Positions 47,592 through 55,662 of a DNA stretch of 64,000 nt are shown one piece after another. Positions within the stretch are counted from its first letter, which is position 1; every line of letters begins with the position of its first letter. The notes under the pieces were generated by a model. That model made no database searches, was not told the DNA's origin, and saw nothing but the letters and a program-made list of their open reading frames with translations. Both the position numbers and the translations under genes were made by a program. Source of the DNA: Candidatus Woesearchaeota archaeon. GTDB lineage: Archaea > Nanobdellota > Nanobdellia > Pacearchaeales > GW2011-AR1. Location: contig CAZHCJ010000002.1 of the NCBI GenBank assembly GCA_964530945.1, positions 14,899 to 78,898 on the forward strand, written 5' to 3'.

Positions 47592-48305
47592 ATGTCTGAA
47601 GAAAATACAATAACGTTCAAAAAAGATACTCTATGGAAAGTTGGAACAGCTGTGTTTGCTATTCTTTTTGTATTTGCATTGCTCGGCGGATTCGGCTCAT
47701 TAGGAAGTAGTTCAGGAGCCGTTGTCGATGACAAAGATGCAGGACAACAAGATGATGTGAATGCAAAAGCTCTTATTGAAGATAATGATCCTGTTTTAGG
47801 AAATGAAGATGCTGAAGTTTCAATCGTCGAATTTAGCGATTTTCAGTGTTCATTTTGCGCGAGAGCCCATACAGGAGCGATGGCTGATTTTAAGGCAAGT
47901 AGTTATTTTACCAATGGTGAAGTAAATTTTGTTTACAAGCATTTGCCTTTGAATAGCATTCATCCACAAGCTCAAGAAGCTGCAGAAGCTTCATTATGTG
48001 CTCAAGACCAAGAATCTTTCTGGGAATACCATGATATGCTTTTCGCAAATCAAGGAGCTCTAGATACAAGTAGTTTGAAATCTTATGCTGCACAACTTGG
48101 ACTCGACACAGGAGAGTTTAATGAGTGTCTTGATAGTGGAGAAAAAGCTTCCGAGGTTAATAAAGAGACGGCTCAAGCAACTTCTGCTGGAGCGAGAGGA
48201 ACACCTTATTTCCTTGTTGTTAACACAAAAACGGGAGATGCTACAAGTGTTTCAGGAGCAGTTCCATTTTCACAATTCGAGACCGCAATTAATGCGGTTC
48301 TTTAA
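47592..48305 (+). CDS. DsbA-like thiol:disulfide oxidoreductase, membrane-anchored (copy 1)
   Basis: SD AAAGGAGG; N-terminal TM; FSDFQCSFCARAH CxxC in a thioredoxin fold; cis-Pro region GTPYFLV. Confidence 0.7.
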   Translation: MSEENTITFKKDTLWKVGTAVFAILFVFALLGGFGSLGSSSGAVVDDKDAGQQDDVNAKALIEDNDPVLGNEDAEVSIVEFSDFQCSFCARAHTGAMADFKASSYFTNGEVNFVYKHLPLNSIHPQAQEAAEASLCAQDQESFWEYHDMLFANQGALDTSSLKSYAAQLGLDTGEFNECLDSGEKASEVNKETAQATSAGARGTPYFLVVNTKTGDATSVSGAVPFSQFETAINAVL

Positions 48306-48374
48306 TTTTTTATTTTTAAGAATATTTTTTATTTTTTTGCTTAAGTTTAAATAAACAAAATAACAGAAACTAGT

Positions 48375-48890
48375 ATGAAAAAATCACGTAAAAGAAGAAT
48401 AAAGAATGCATTTAGAGGTCGCTATTTAGTACTTTTTGTATTATGGTTTTTAGCATATGTTGCATTAAATGTCTATTTTAATGAATTATATGTTAGTCTG
48501 GAAATATGGAGCTCATACAATCAATTATTTCTAATTCCTTTTGTATTGTTCAACTTCTTAATTGTTCCTTTTCTTATTTCTCTAACAGTAAATCTTAGCA
48601 TTTTGCGTTTCAAAGAAGCAGGAAGTGGTTTTGGAGATAGAAGTGCATCAGGAGTTGGAGGTGTTGGGGCTTTGATAGGAATTGTTGCCGGCGCTTGCCC
48701 GGGATGTTTTGTCGGTTTGTTTCCCGCAGTTTTAGGTATTTTTGGAGTAAGTGCAACGCTTTCTGCCTTGCCTTTATTCGGGTTGGAATTACAAGTGCTT
48801 TCTTCTGCTCTCTTGTTGTTGGCCATATATTTGTTAACCAAAGATATTGTTTGCGAAGTTCCTTTGGAGATGAAAGGAGGTGACAAGTAA
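48375..48890 (+). CDS. membrane protein with intramembrane CPGC motif
   Basis: GIVAGACPGCFVGLFPAVLG inside a hydrophobic helix. Confidence 0.4.
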   Translation: MKKSRKRRIKNAFRGRYLVLFVLWFLAYVALNVYFNELYVSLEIWSSYNQLFLIPFVLFNFLIVPFLISLTVNLSILRFKEAGSGFGDRSASGVGGVGALIGIVAGACPGCFVGLFPAVLGIFGVSATLSALPLFGLELQVLSSALLLLAIYLLTKDIVCEVPLEMKGGDK

Positions 48891-49295
48891 ATGAATAGAA
48901 AATTAATTTTAGGAATAGGTGTAATTGTGGTGGTGTTTGTTTTGTTTTTTGCTTTTGCAGGAAATGAATCTCAAGGTGATGTTGTTTCTGAATCAGAAGA
49001 AAATCAGGCGAGTACACGGGCTGTGAAGGAGTTCGATGTTGTTGCTAGAAATTGGGAATTCGTTCCAGGAACGATAGAGGTGAATCAAGGAGACAGGATT
49101 GTGTTGAATGTTGAAAGTGTGGATGGGGATCATGGAATAATGATTTCTGAATTTGGAGTAAACGAGCACTTGTCTCCCGGAGAAGAAACAATGATAGAGT
49201 TTGTTGCAGACAAGAAAGGAACATTCACGTTTTTTTGTAATGTTTATTGTGGGGCAGGACACTCTAATATGAGAGGAGAGCTTATTGTGAGATAA
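48891..49295 (+). CDS. membrane-anchored cupredoxin-domain protein with CuA-type copper ligand pattern
   Basis: H (DGDHGIMI) ... FCNVYCGAGHSNM = C-x3-C-G-x2-H-x2-M as in COX II/N2OR CuA; SD GGAGGTG upstream. Confidence 0.6.
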   Translation: MNRKLILGIGVIVVVFVLFFAFAGNESQGDVVSESEENQASTRAVKEFDVVARNWEFVPGTIEVNQGDRIVLNVESVDGDHGIMISEFGVNEHLSPGEETMIEFVADKKGTFTFFCNVYCGAGHSNMRGELIVR

Positions 49296-49296
49296 A

Positions 49297-49701
49297 ATGA
49301 AATACCTCATAATACTCGTTTTGTCATTGCTTGGATTTTTCTTAGCTGGCTACATAAATCTTAAAACGGAAAGGAAAGAAAAGCTTGTTTGTGTTATTGG
49401 AAATGATTGCAATAAAGTTATAAAGAGCAAATATGGAAAAACTTTTGGTATGGACAACACTTTTCTTGGGATGATTTATTATCTTGTTGTTTTGATTTTG
49501 GCTCTTGACGTTTTGATTTTTCCTTGGATAGTTAGCGTTGGTTTGTTTTACTGGGTGTTTTTTCTCATCACTTTGGGAGCTGCCCTTTTCTCTGTGTATC
49601 TAACCATTATACAATTGTTTGTAATTAAAGAGTTGTGTGAGTATTGCCTTCTTACGGCTTTAAACACAATATTAATATTTGTACTGTTTATTGTTTTGTA
49701 A
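49297..49701 (+). CDS. VKOR-family (vitamin K epoxide reductase-like) membrane thiol oxidoreductase, the DsbB-analog partner of DsbA-like proteins
   Basis: Loop Cys pair CVIGNDC, SKYGKTFGM, and CEYC CxxC at the start of the last TM. Confidence 0.6.
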   Translation: MKYLIILVLSLLGFFLAGYINLKTERKEKLVCVIGNDCNKVIKSKYGKTFGMDNTFLGMIYYLVVLILALDVLIFPWIVSVGLFYWVFFLITLGAALFSVYLTIIQLFVIKELCEYCLLTALNTILIFVLFIVL

Positions 49702-49702
49702 A

Positions 49703-50293
49703 ATGAAATTTTCAAAAAAAGAAACCAAAGATTTGACGTTTGCCGGAATAATGATTTCTTTAGCTTTTGCCATACTTCTTGCAGGAGGATTCAATATTTT
49801 AAGTGAAGGGTTTTTCAGTGTTTTCATAATTGCGTTTTTTACCGCCGGAATTGGGTTTTTATTGCATGAACTGATGCATAAATTTGTTGCTCAGCGTTAT
49901 AAAATGTGGGCAGAGTTTCGTGCAGATTATAAAATGCTTTGGGTTGCAATAGCTTTCGCATTTTTCGGATTTATTATTGCGGCACCAGGAGCAGTTTACA
50001 TTCGTGGAAGAATCACAAATGAAAAAAATGGGAAGATTTCTCTTGCAGGTCCTATGACAAACCTAGTACTTGCGATTTTGTTTTTAATTCCTTTACTTTT
50101 AGTTAGTTTTAGTTCGCAAATTCTCTATGCGTTTTTCAGTTTTGGCTTAACAATTAATTCTTTGCTTGCGGCATTTAACATGATTCCGGTTATGCCTTTT
50201 GACGGTGCAAAGATAATAAAATGGAATAAAGAATGGTATTACTTTACTTTGCTTGCAGGGGTCGGCCTTTTTATTCTGAGTTTTGTGGTTTGA
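49703..50293 (+). CDS. site-2 protease family (M50) intramembrane zinc metalloprotease
   Basis: HELMHK inside TM and downstream AAFNMIPVMPFDGAKI (LDG-type third ligand motif). Confidence 0.6.
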   Translation: MKFSKKETKDLTFAGIMISLAFAILLAGGFNILSEGFFSVFIIAFFTAGIGFLLHELMHKFVAQRYKMWAEFRADYKMLWVAIAFAFFGFIIAAPGAVYIRGRITNEKNGKISLAGPMTNLVLAILFLIPLLLVSFSSQILYAFFSFGLTINSLLAAFNMIPVMPFDGAKIIKWNKEWYYFTLLAGVGLFILSFVV

Positions 50294-50326
50294 TAGTTTT
50301 ATAAACGCTTTTGATTATTTTAAAAA

Positions 50327-50818
50327 ATGGAAAATAAGCATGTGGGTTATCTTGTTTTAGGAATCGCTGTTGTTTTAGTTGGAATCATATTCTTATATCA
50401 AAACGCTATGCAAGAGATAGTTTATCTTAGCTGTGGTTTAGAACACAGTGTTACATGTCCCATGAATCAAACCATAATGCAACAAACCTATTTGGCCTTG
50501 GGAATTGTAGGTATTTTAGTAGTTATTGCTGGTCTGTTAATATTTAGCAAACCTAAAGAGAGAATCATTGTTAAAGAAAAGAAAGTTAAAGTTAAAGAAA
50601 AACGTAAAAGGCCAAGTGTTAAAGACCTAAGTGCTAAGGAGAAAAAAGCCTTGGATTTGATTGAAAAAGAAGAAGGCGCGATGTTCCAATCTGAACTGAA
50701 AGAAAAGCTAGATATAGGAAAAGTCGGAATGACTCGCCTTTTAGATAAACTTGAAGCTAAACAATTCTTGGAAAGGAAAAGAAGAGGAATGAATAACATT
50801 GTTGTGCTGAAGTATTAG
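50327..50818 (+). CDS. membrane-tethered winged-helix transcription regulator with extracytoplasmic Cys pair (copy 1)
   Basis: TM1, loop SCGLEHSVTCPMNQ, TM2, K/R-rich then wHTH ...MTRLLDKLEAKQFLERKRRGMNNIVVL. Confidence 0.55.
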   Translation: MENKHVGYLVLGIAVVLVGIIFLYQNAMQEIVYLSCGLEHSVTCPMNQTIMQQTYLALGIVGILVVIAGLLIFSKPKERIIVKEKKVKVKEKRKRPSVKDLSAKEKKALDLIEKEEGAMFQSELKEKLDIGKVGMTRLLDKLEAKQFLERKRRGMNNIVVLKY

Positions 50819-50861
50819 TTGCTTACGAAAAGTTTAAATAAAAGTAAGATTAATCTTATTT

Positions 50862-51080
50862 ATGAAAATAGACACAACGAAGATGAGTTCTAGAGGACAA
50901 ATAGTTATTCCTAGAGATTTACGCGAAGGCATAAATGCAGGAGAAAAATTGATAGTTATAAGGAAAAAAGACGAAATAATATTGAAAAAATCACTTCCTG
51001 AGAATGCCTTATGGTCTGAAAAATCTTTGTCAAAAACGTGGCTGAATAAAGAGGAAGACGAAATATGGAAAGATTTGTGA
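50862..51080 (+). CDS. mazE: MazE/AbrB-family antitoxin
   Basis: MSSRGQIVIPRDLRE. Confidence 0.6.
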   Translation: MKIDTTKMSSRGQIVIPRDLREGINAGEKLIVIRKKDEIILKKSLPENALWSEKSLSKTWLNKEEDEIWKDL

Positions 51081-51397
51081 AAGGAGATGTTGTTGTCATG
51101 GATTTCCCTTTTTCTAATTTAAAAAATTCTAAAAGAAGACCTGCGCTGGTGATTAAAGTTCCTAAAGGAGATGATTTAATTGTATCTCAAATAACAGGAA
51201 AATCTTATGAAGAAGATTTAGAAATTGAGATTACAAAGAAAGATTTTGCAAAAGGTAAGTTGAAAGTAAACAGCTATCTTAGAATAGATAAATTTTTTTC
51301 AATTGAGAAATATCTTATCAAATATAAAATCGGAAAGTTAAAACCTAAGAAATTTAATGAGATAATTGATTCCATAATCGATTTTTTGAAAAAGTGA
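51065..51397 (+). CDS. mazF: MazF/PemK-family toxin (mRNA interferase)
   Basis: KGDVVVMDFPFSN...RPALVIKV matches the MazF N-terminal core; overlaps the antitoxin. Confidence 0.65.
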   Translation: MERFVKGDVVVMDFPFSNLKNSKRRPALVIKVPKGDDLIVSQITGKSYEEDLEIEITKKDFAKGKLKVNSYLRIDKFFSIEKYLIKYKIGKLKPKKFNEIIDSIIDFLKK

Positions 51398-51498
51398 TTT
51401 TTTTTCTATTTTGGGATGGTTTTATCTAAAACCTTCAAAAAGTTCCATGTAACTAGTTACACCGAAGCGGTTATAATAAATGATTTCTTGGGTTTTGC

Positions 51499-52128
51499 AT
51501 GGTTAAGAAAAAATCAACAGGCAAAAAAACAGATTGGGAGTTTTATGCTCAGATAGGAGTTGTAGTAATATTAGCTGGCATATTGATATATTCTTTAAAT
51601 CTTCCTAGTGTTTCTGCTTCAGGAGTTATTCCTACCGGAGTTCCAGAGGTTTATGGAGAAGAGCTCGGTATTACATATGATGATGTTTCACCTCAAAACC
51701 AGCAACTTGCTGATAAAACTATAAGATTACTTGGCAACATAGATCGTTTGGAAACTCTTGACGAATCTAAGATGGGGCGTTACATAAACATATTGTATAG
51801 TATGAATAATGGAATCTCTTGTGAGTATTGTTGTGGGGCTCGTTCAGTAATATTTGAAAACGGACAACCGGCCTGTGGGTGTGCACATAGTTATGCTATG
51901 CGTGGTCTGACAAAATACTTGTTAATAAATCATCCTGATATGAATGATGAACAGATACTTGAAGAAGTAGGGAAATGGAAAACATTATTTTTCCCCGGAA
52001 TCATTCAAGGTAAAGCAGATATAATGGAAAGCCAAGGACTTGATACGGATTATTTGAGTTTGACAACAAATAAGTATAGAGGAATAGAGCAAGGGCAGGT
52101 AAGCGGAGGAATGATTGGCGCTTGTTAA
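51499..52128 (+). CDS. membrane-anchored secreted Cys-rich protein ending in ...SGGMIGAC
   Basis: TM near N-terminus; CEYCCGARS...CGCAHS; C-terminal tail shared with the next small ORF. Confidence 0.45.
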   Translation: MVKKKSTGKKTDWEFYAQIGVVVILAGILIYSLNLPSVSASGVIPTGVPEVYGEELGITYDDVSPQNQQLADKTIRLLGNIDRLETLDESKMGRYINILYSMNNGISCEYCCGARSVIFENGQPACGCAHSYAMRGLTKYLLINHPDMNDEQILEEVGKWKTLFFPGIIQGKADIMESQGLDTDYLSLTTNKYRGIEQGQVSGGMIGAC

Positions 52129-52146
52129 TTAAATTCGAGGAGGAAA

Positions 52147-52317
52147 AATGAAAATAAATAAAGATAAGGCTAGAGTTGCATTGTGGGTCGTGATAGGAGT
52201 GCTTTTGCTTGCTGTAGTGTATGTGGTGTTTTTCAAAGACGCATCAACAGCTTCAACACTAAGCGCTAATTCAGGACAAGCTGCAAGTGCTTATAGCGGA
52301 ATGGTTGGTGGCTGTTA
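52147..52317 (+). CDS. small membrane-anchored peptide (56 aa) ending in ...SGMVGGC
   Basis: SD GAGGAGG 6 nt upstream; below the track size cutoff; C-terminal motif matches the preceding protein. Confidence 0.35.
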
Positions 52318-52381
52318 AAACTTTTAAAAGTTTTAACTCAGAGGATTGGTTTGAGATAAAACTAACTTTCAGACAAATAAA

Positions 52382-52861
52382 ATGAACAAAAAATTTTTAA
52401 TAGGAATGGGAGTATTGGCATTAATCTTTTTAGTCGTAGTCTTACTCCCAAGTCCAAGTGCTGCAGATTATGAAAATATTAATGCTGTTGAAAGCGAGAT
52501 AGAAATTTATAAATCGGCTACATGTGGGTGCTGTGGAATTTACACAAGCTATTTTGACGGAAAAACAAGTCCAGATATAGAATCTTTGAATGTTCAAGAT
52601 ACTTATTCTATTAAAAGAGAACACGGCGTTCCTCCTGAATTAGAAAGTTGCCATACTACCTTAATTGATGGATACTTTGTTGAAGGACATATTCCTTTAG
52701 AAGCTATTGAAAAACTTTTATCTGAAAAACCGGATGTTGCAGGAATTGCTATGCCCGGAATGCCTTCTGGAAGTCCAGGAATGCCAGGGCCTAAAAGAGG
52801 AGATTTTGTAATATACAGTGTAAACCATGATGGAAGCTATCAAGAGTTCATGAGGATATAG
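52382..52861 (+). CDS. DUF411-like (CopG-type) periplasmic metal-binding protein
   Basis: Signal peptide; CGCCGIY motif, CHTTLIDGYFVEGHIP, Met/Pro-rich GIAMPGMPSGSPGMPGP. Confidence 0.55.
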   Translation: MNKKFLIGMGVLALIFLVVVLLPSPSAADYENINAVESEIEIYKSATCGCCGIYTSYFDGKTSPDIESLNVQDTYSIKREHGVPPELESCHTTLIDGYFVEGHIPLEAIEKLLSEKPDVAGIAMPGMPSGSPGMPGPKRGDFVIYSVNHDGSYQEFMRI

Positions 52862-52870
52862 TTAGGAAAA

Positions 52871-53398
52871 ATGGATAAAAAACTTTTTTCTTTATTTTTT
52901 GGATGGATTTTTTTAATATCTTTTTCTAAATTAGTTTCTGCACATTGTCCCTTGTGTACTATTGGAGCTGGGGCGGCCGCAGGAGCAGCTGTTTGGTTAG
53001 GGATTAGCAAAGTTGTAGTTGCATTGTTTATTGGGGCTTTTGCAATGTCAATGGGGATATGGTTTTCAAATATTAAATATTTGAAAAAGAAACGTTTTCC
53101 TTTCCAGAAAACCCTAATTGTTTTAGGTGTCTTTCTTTTGACATTCATTCCTTTATTGCCCATAATTAGCGCAATAGGTCCATTGTATTTGTCTTTTATT
53201 GGAGAATATGGAACAACTTACGCCTTTAATTACTCTATTTTAAGTGGGCTTTTTGGAGGGATTTTAGTTTTTTCAGCCCCAGGTTTAAGCAAAAAATTAA
53301 CCCAACTAAGAAAAGGAAAAATGCTTCCTTTCCAAGGAATCTTGATAACATTCTCATTGTTAATCTTCACAGGGGGGCTTATACAAGTTTTAATTTAA
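52871..53398 (+). CDS. membrane protein with N-terminal HCPLC motif
   Basis: SAHCPLCTIGAGAAAGAAV then several TM. Confidence 0.4.
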   Translation: MDKKLFSLFFGWIFLISFSKLVSAHCPLCTIGAGAAAGAAVWLGISKVVVALFIGAFAMSMGIWFSNIKYLKKKRFPFQKTLIVLGVFLLTFIPLLPIISAIGPLYLSFIGEYGTTYAFNYSILSGLFGGILVFSAPGLSKKLTQLRKGKMLPFQGILITFSLLIFTGGLIQVLI

Positions 53399-53824
53399 AT
53401 GGAAATTTTAACACTTGTTTTGCTTGGAGTTATTCTATTATTTTTTATATTTTTAGCAATGAAAAACCTAATCGGAAGTGAAAGGATTTGTGCAATATGC
53501 TTTTCAGTTCTGTTCACTTGGATATTTTTACTTCTAGGGTATTTTTGGGGGTTGTTTTTCAATAAAATAATAATAGCCATTTTGATGGGGATGAGTGTGT
53601 TAGGAATATATTATGTTGCCGAGAAAAAAGTCAAAAAAAGATTCTTGGTTTTTAGGTTGCCTTTTTTACTGACATTAATATTTGTTGTTTATTTTGTTTT
53701 AGAAGAATTTATTTTAGAAAGTTTTATTTTATTAGGCGTTTTATGGGTATTTTTCATCCTAATTTATTCATTCAAATTTAATGGATTTGCAAAAAAACTT
53801 GTGGAGTGCTGCAAAAAATGGTAA
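53399..53824 (+). CDS. membrane protein, C-terminal CCKKW
   Basis: Hydrophobic ORF. Confidence 0.35.
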   Translation: MEILTLVLLGVILLFFIFLAMKNLIGSERICAICFSVLFTWIFLLLGYFWGLFFNKIIIAILMGMSVLGIYYVAEKKVKKRFLVFRLPFLLTLIFVVYFVLEEFILESFILLGVLWVFFILIYSFKFNGFAKKLVECCKKW

Positions 53825-54279
53825 AGAGAAAAAGCAATAATGGGAACAGCAATGCAGTTTTATATGGTGTGTTGGCAGGTGTAGGATTGTTAGTATTTTA
53901 TGTTTTAGTTGTTTCTCTTTTTCAAAGCGTGGATTTCGCTCTTTTGAATATTAGAAGTTTGTGGTATTTGGTCATTCCTTTGGTAATAGGTTTTGGAACG
54001 CAAATAGGTCTTTATAGCTCAATACGTCACACTGCTACTGTCACGGGAACCGCTGCGGCCACGGGAGGGATTTCTGCAGGAGGAATGTTAGCATGTTGTA
54101 GCCATTTCCTTTTGAACATAATTCCTTTGGCAGGAGCATCTGGTTTGGCTATATTTCTTATGAAATACCAGCCTGCATTTCTTGGAGTGGGAATTGCTTC
54201 AAGTATTTTTGGAATTGGATTGATGGTTAAGCATAAAAAATCTATGAAAAAAGGTTTGAAAGGAGGTAAATGTCATTAA
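53806..54279 (+). CDS. membrane protein with intramembrane ACCSH motif
   Basis: GGISAGGMLACCSHFLLNIIPLAG; C-terminal GGKCH. Confidence 0.4.
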   Translation: MLQKMVKRKSNNGNSNAVLYGVLAGVGLLVFYVLVVSLFQSVDFALLNIRSLWYLVIPLVIGFGTQIGLYSSIRHTATVTGTAAATGGISAGGMLACCSHFLLNIIPLAGASGLAIFLMKYQPAFLGVGIASSIFGIGLMVKHKKSMKKGLKGGKCH

Positions 54280-54813
54280 ATGAATAAAAAAATTTTACTT
54301 TATGGTGCTTTAGGTTTGGTGGTTTTAGTCTTAGCCCTTTTCACAATTTTTCCAGGAATGATTTATGCAGTAAAAGATGCCGGAATTACAGGGAATAGTC
54401 TTTCAAATTCTACAAATGACAAATGTTCTCCTGCTCCAGGTTATGATGAAGAATCATGGAGAGAACACATGAGTCATCATCCAAATATATACAAAGAGTG
54501 TTTTGTCTCTGATCTAGAAAGTGATGAATTTGAAGAATTTGTCGAAAGTGATAATGTTTTCATAATAAACACTCATACCCCGTATATTGGGGAAATAGAA
54601 GGAACAGATTTGATTGCTAAAGACTGGCAAAATATAGCCTCTTATGAAGATCAGTTGCCAGAAAATAAGAATGCACCTATAGGGGTTTATTGTAGAAGTG
54701 GAAGTATGTCTTCGAGTGCTGCTAGCCAATTAATTGATTTGGGCTATACAAATGTTTACAATCTTGAAGGTGGAATGAATGCCTGGCGGGATTCAGGAAG
54801 AACTTTGATTTAA
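54280..54813 (+). CDS. membrane-anchored rhodanese-domain sulfurtransferase
   Basis: IGVYCRSGSMSSSAASQLIDLGYTNVYNLEGGMNAW (active-site Cys loop). Confidence 0.7.
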   Translation: MNKKILLYGALGLVVLVLALFTIFPGMIYAVKDAGITGNSLSNSTNDKCSPAPGYDEESWREHMSHHPNIYKECFVSDLESDEFEEFVESDNVFIINTHTPYIGEIEGTDLIAKDWQNIASYEDQLPENKNAPIGVYCRSGSMSSSAASQLIDLGYTNVYNLEGGMNAWRDSGRTLI

Positions 54814-54870
54814 CTTATTTTTATTAATTTAAATAAGAAGTTTTATTAATTAATCTTAGTTCTTGCTTTT

Positions 54871-55365
54871 ATGAAACCTCGTTATTTGGGTATATCCATT
54901 GTCATTGTTAGCCTTGTTGTTTTAGGGGGCCTCTTTTATCTTAATTCTAGTTTAAATAAACAGAACTTTGAGAATTGTATAACTTCTTGCGAAATGCAGG
55001 AAAACACTTCATGTTCCGTAGAATCATGTAATTTGGAAAGAGGCCATAATGATTTTGAGGAATTTATCTCTATATTAGAAATTTTAGTTGCGTTCCTTGC
55101 AGGAATAGGATTTTACCTTTCTTTAACAAAAAAAGAAAAGATAATTGAACAGAAAGAATATGATTTGAGTAAATTAAACAAAGAAGAAAAAAGGGTTTTT
55201 TTGCTTGTTAAGAAAAATAAAGAAAAAGGGATTTATCAAAGTAATATTGTAAAAGAGTTTGATTTTTCAAAATCTAAAGTGACTCGGATATTAGATCGTT
55301 TAGAACAATCTAAACTGGTTGAGAGAAAAAGGCGCGGGATGACAAATCTTATTGTCCTTAAATAA
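54871..55365 (+). CDS. membrane-tethered winged-helix regulator with extracytoplasmic 4-Cys segment (copy 2)
   Basis: TM1, NCITSCEMQENTSCSVESC, TM2, wHTH ending ERKRRGMTNLIVLK (same ending as copy 1). Confidence 0.55.
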   Translation: MKPRYLGISIVIVSLVVLGGLFYLNSSLNKQNFENCITSCEMQENTSCSVESCNLERGHNDFEEFISILEILVAFLAGIGFYLSLTKKEKIIEQKEYDLSKLNKEEKRVFLLVKKNKEKGIYQSNIVKEFDFSKSKVTRILDRLEQSKLVERKRRGMTNLIVLK

Positions 55366-55424
55366 AATCAGTTTCAGGTGTAAAACTAGTTTCACGTTAT
55401 ATTTATAAACCGTTTTTTTAAGTC

Positions 55425-55643
55425 TTGTGTATGAAAAAAGAGATTGTTGTCTTGAATATAAAAAATATTGATGTTAATCATTGTCTTGCTCTTCCAGAGT
55501 TGGGAATTAATGAAGAATTAATTCCTGAAAAAAAGATTGCAGTTGAGTTTGTTGTAGATAAAAAAGGAAGTTTTACATTTTTTTATAATGTTTATTATGG
55601 AGCAGGGCATAACTCAGTGAGTAGGAGATTGATAGTAAAATAA
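55425..55643 (+). pseudogene. degenerate remnant of the CuA-type cupredoxin (copper ligands lost)
   Basis: VEFVVDKKGSFTFFYNVYYGAGHNSVSRRLIV aligns with IEFVADKKGTFTFFCNVYCGAGHSNMRGELIV of 48891-49295 with both Cys replaced by Tyr and Met by Val; N-terminal cupredoxin barrel missing. Confidence 0.45.
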
Positions 55644-55662
55644 AGATGAAAGGAGGTTTAAT

